A DNA stretch of 64,000 nucleotides from an uncultured Halobacteriales archaeon (GTDB lineage: Archaea > Thermoplasmatota > E2 > JACPAO01 > JAHFTW01), in the NCBI GenBank assembly GCA_964643795.1, contig CAZXUC010000002.1:24941-88940 (forward strand), written 5' to 3'. Numbering within the stretch: position 1 is the first letter of the stretch; each line of letters starts with the position of its first letter. The translations under genes were made by a program, and so were the position numbers. The notes under the pieces are model-generated. The model did no database searches. It had not been told where the DNA came from and worked only from the letters and a program-made list of their open reading frames with translations. Of this stretch, positions 62,491 to 64,000 are shown one piece after another.

Positions 62491-63999
62491 CTACGCCGTC
62501 ACAGCAATGGCATACCGCTGTTGTTCATCGGCGGGCAACTGGCTCCACCCTTCGCTGACGTAGTAGCGCGTGTAGTGGGCGTCGCGTGCGCGGTTGACGA
62601 GTCCGGCGCCTGCTAGTCGGTTGATGTGCCAGTTGACGGTGCTCGCGGTGATCTCGAATTCCTCGGCGAGGTCGCATTGCGGGACGCCTGGGTTGCGCAG
62701 AATGTGCTTCGCGATTGCGGCCGTCGTCTCGTTGCGTAGGGCCGAGACGGCGACCTTTTTGTGGCCGGAGTAGGTTCCGGCTTGGCGGTCGAAGAAGCGC
62801 AAATAGCGGCCGTCCTTGACGGAGGTGATGAAGCCGTTGCGTTCAAGGACGCGCAGGTGGTAGTTCAGCGTCGAGGCGCCGAAGCCGACTTGGTCTGCGA
62901 GTTGATGGAAACTTGCGCCGGGGAAGGCCTTGACGCGTTCGTAGACTTCCTGTCGTCCTGGATGCTCGAGGACTTCCTGGCCCGAGACCCGCGCGTAGCC
63001 TGCGACGAGGCCGCTTGCGCCGCCGATGAGGCCACCCTTTTGCGCGACGAGCCAGCCGGCGAGGGCGAGTAGGAGGCCGCCGAGACCCGCTGCAGCGACG
63101 GCCGCCTTGGTCCAATCGTACTTGGCCGCGACGGCGCCGTAGGAGACTGCCGTGAAGTCGCCGGACCCGGTGACTTCGCTTGTGCCGCGACCCGTCGGAG
63201 AGTCGGCGAGGTTGAGCGTGAAGAGCCCCGCGAGGTCGAGGTCTTCACCGGTGAGGAGGTGGACGACGGATTCGTCGCCATCTTGGATTGTGACCGTGCC
63301 CTTGGCTCCGGCCAGGTGGGCGATGCCTTGGACGTCAATGGTCTGGGAACTTGCGTACAGCGAACCGACTTGGTCCGCGAACTGGACTTCCATGCGGCCG
63401 GCGGTCGCTTCGATCAGGAGGTACTCTTGGATGTATTCCTCGTGCGTCCCCGGGCCGGTCCATTCGCGGCTCAAGGGGTGGTAAACGCCGCCCGACTTGG
63501 TCTCCACGCGGAAGTGCGCTAGGATCTGCTCCAGGCTGCCATCCGATGCGACGTAGGTCAACACTGCGTTGTTGATGAAGAGGTTGAAGGGGCCGTCCAT
63601 GGCCGCGCGTCCATCGTCGGCACGGGCCTCGAAGAGCCCGGCAGGTATCCTGTGGGAGAACCGGTCGGCGTCCTTCGGTGGGTTGAGGTGGATGCTGAGC
63701 GCCGTCTCGAGGTCGTAGTCGATGAATTTTGAGTAGTCGATGGCGCCCACGAGGAGGTCGCCGTGCTGGGAACCTGATTCCATGCGCACTGCGCCGTCGT
63801 AGGCAAGGAGTTGGAACCCGGCTTGCCGCTCATCGAGCGCCAGCAGGGCGTCTTGCAGGGGGAGTTCGATGCGCTCGATGCGGTCGTCCCAACGCACGTC
63901 GGCGCTCGGGTCTTGCATGTTGACGAAGCCGTAGGCCCGGTGCAGGACGCGAATGGCTTTGCCTTCGACGTTGTGCAGGACAATCGCGGTACCACCAGC
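62491..63999 (-). CDS. Membrane-tethered double winged-helix regulator (paralogue of 20683..21957); 5' end probably outside the window
   Basis: The reading frame stays open from 63918 to the window edge (...AGGTAIVLHNVEGKAIRVLHRAYGFVNMQDPSADVR...). After an extracellular domain comes the TM AAVAAAGLGGLLLALAGWLV. wHTH 1 is VYERVKAFPGASFHQLADQVGFGASTLNYHLRVLERNGFI and wHTH 2 is IAKHILRNPGVPQCDLAEEFEITASTVNWHINRLAGAGLV. Confidence 0.7.
   Translation of the reverse strand, partial: AGGTAIVLHNVEGKAIRVLHRAYGFVNMQDPSADVRWDDRIERIELPLQDALLALDERQAGFQLLAYDGAVRMESGSQHGDLLVGAIDYSKFIDYDLETALSIHLNPPKDADRFSHRIPAGLFEARADDGRAAMDGPFNLFINNAVLTYVASDGSLEQILAHFRVETKSGGVYHPLSREWTGPGTHEEYIQEYLLIEATAGRMEVQFADQVGSLYASSQTIDVQGIAHLAGAKGTVTIQDGDESVVHLLTGEDLDLAGLFTLNLADSPTGRGTSEVTGSGDFTAVSYGAVAAKYDWTKAAVAAAGLGGLLLALAGWLVAQKGGLIGGASGLVAGYARVSGQEVLEHPGRQEVYERVKAFPGASFHQLADQVGFGASTLNYHLRVLERNGFITSVKDGRYLRFFDRQAGTYSGHKKVAVSALRNETTAAIAKHILRNPGVPQCDLAEEFEITASTVNWHINRLAGAGLVNRARDAHYTRYYVSEGWSQLPADEQQRYAIAVTA
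62558..62700. repeat. 143-bp direct repeat, right copy (inside the intact regulator gene)
   Basis: See 60427..60569. This copy encodes residues LRNPGVPQC...YTRYYV of the intact gene. Confidence 0.85.
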
Positions 64000-64000
64000 G

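Overview
High-GC prokaryotic chromosomal segment. It is most likely archaeal, judging from short wHTH regulators, TATA-like boxes, oligo-T tracts after genes and C-terminal TM+Arg anchors, but that is inference only. The first 20 kb carries envelope and housekeeping genes: GT2/GT4 glycosyltransferases, an alkaline-phosphatase-family enzyme, a MacB-type ABC exporter (two FtsX permeases plus ATPase), a TauE/SafE permease, an MMPL/RND exporter, RNase HI, UvrB, tRNA-His(GUG), small membrane proteins and wHTH regulators. Two families of intergenic palindromic repeats are interspersed among them. From 22.1 to 59.9 kb there is one 37.7-kb minus-strand operon. In it, four giant secreted or anchored proteins (3280, 4310, 1290 and 2392 aa) are translationally coupled to a DUF4350-like protein, a MoxR AAA+ ATPase, a DUF58 protein and a small membrane protein. 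Two paralogous membrane-tethered double-wHTH regulators bracket the operon. The upstream regulator is separated from the operon by a ~2-kb two-gene nucleotidyltransferase/DNA-binding (toxin-antitoxin-like) cassette. That cassette is flanked by 143-bp direct repeats that duplicate the regulator's 3' end. I recognised no rRNA, CRISPR array, transposase or integrase. All family assignments come from reading motifs by eye and need HMM confirmation.
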